DNA of 64,000 nt, from positions 20,708,001 through 20,772,000 of the forward strand of contig CM106586.1 in the NCBI GenBank assembly GCA_048013815.1. Direction: 5' to 3'. Within the stretch, counting starts at the first letter, position 1. The number at the start of each line of letters is the position of its first letter. Both the position numbers and the translations under genes were made by a program. The stretch is from Setoptus koraiensis (lineage: Eukaryota > Animalia > Arthropoda). A model generated the notes under the pieces. The model was not told the DNA's origin and made no database searches. It saw only the letters and a list, made by a program, of their open reading frames with translations. This document shows, in pieces, positions 62,980 to 64,000 of the stretch.

Positions 62980-64000
62980 GATGCAGTGTGATGAAACAGA
63001 TGAAATAGACTCACTACTCGTGAGTCACTAGTGACCAGGGATAAAAATAATAATTACAATCACGGCAACAAAACAGCGGATAACAGCAACGGAGGCGGCT
63101 CACAATGAGACGCAATTCTCTCACAGTAGACACAATGGGACTCTCGCAGTAGAGTCTATACTGACAATAGTGTGGGCATTGTGCACTCACAAATTTGACT
63201 CATCGCTCGGCTCGGGCCCCACTGCCAGTCCCGACGTGAAGGCGCCCTCTCGTGGGCGCGGCAAGATCGCTATTTCGTCGGTATGTGGCGTAACAAGTCT
63301 ACTGGCAGCACTGCACTGGTGCCAGTTCTCGGACAATGTGGGCCCATGTGGTGTCAGCCTGGCATCGCAAATATCGGGCAAGTTGTCAACAAATGGCCAC
63401 AACATGGCCACATTTCGCTCTGGCTCGCCACGCTGATGATATTCGTGCGTGAATATCGGCACACAATCGATGAATGTGGGGGGCCAAGCGCACTTTTGCG
63501 CTTGGCCAATGTTTGTTAGTGCATTCATATTGCTGTTAGCGGTGCTGCTGAGTGTCGTAACGATCGGTGGGCCTAATTGCACCTAATAGATAGATGCTAA
63601 TGGTGGGCCAGTTTGACAGTGTGCCCAAATGCGAGTGTTGCCCAAAATAAATCTCACGCACGCAGTGTGGCCGGCCCGGCCGGCCAACAGTGACGGCTTC
63701 GATGGGCTTTTATTCATCTGCTAATGATTATTATGGTTTATTCGGTTGGTCATTGACTTGCAGCGACTCTCACTCACGCCAGCCAGCGTTCGAGCTGCCG
63801 GCTTTCGAGCTGGCAATGTCCGCCACAATATAGATGGGGCAAGTGGGCGGCCCGCCGCCACATACTGATTTTATGGCGGCGCACAGCGAAGTAATGGCCC
63901 GTAGCGGACGCTCACTACGTCTGTAACAGTTATTGTGGCAAATGCCCGCGACAACAACGACAGCGGCAACAACGGCGACAACAACAACAACGGCGACATC

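Noticed and set aside
1-64000. tRNA, rRNA or snRNA genes and intact transposons
   Set aside because: No cloverleaf with A/B boxes, rRNA signature, intact transposase or RT ORF, or paired LTR/TIR was recognised by eye; covariance-model searches were not run.

Overview
Eukaryotic (arthropod-like) genomic DNA. The compact, nearly intron-free genes and dense microsatellites resemble an eriophyoid-type mite genome; this is inference only. I found no rRNA, tRNA, CRISPR array or prokaryote-like operon. The window has an AT-rich gene block at about 7.8-19.6 kb: grainyhead (+; one stop-free frame 7841-13384), NAA15/Nat1 (-; single exon, convergent with grh across 103 bp) and an uncharacterised CAP-Gly gene (-; one clear 151-bp intron). 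The flanks are GC/CpG-rich and full of (GT)n and (CAA)n tracts, unique 8-27-bp tandem arrays, perfect palindromes and a recurrent GGGCCC word. Reading splice signals by hand gave two phase-compatible gene models that the ORF track misses. First, an 18-nt MLTIKQ start micro-exon at 2771-2788 would supply grh with an ATG. Second, the orphan ORF at 33.1-35.3 kb would splice across a 13.6-kb intron onto the CAP-Gly exons, giving a 1676-aa protein with a PxIxIT-like motif, eight RRxS sites, a variant CAP-Gly domain and a Cys/His module. Heavily decayed LINE-like and Ty1/copia-like relics lie in the inferred introns. 36-64 kb appears non-coding; its ORFs look like repeat shadows. All family assignments come from motif recognition from memory, with no database search.
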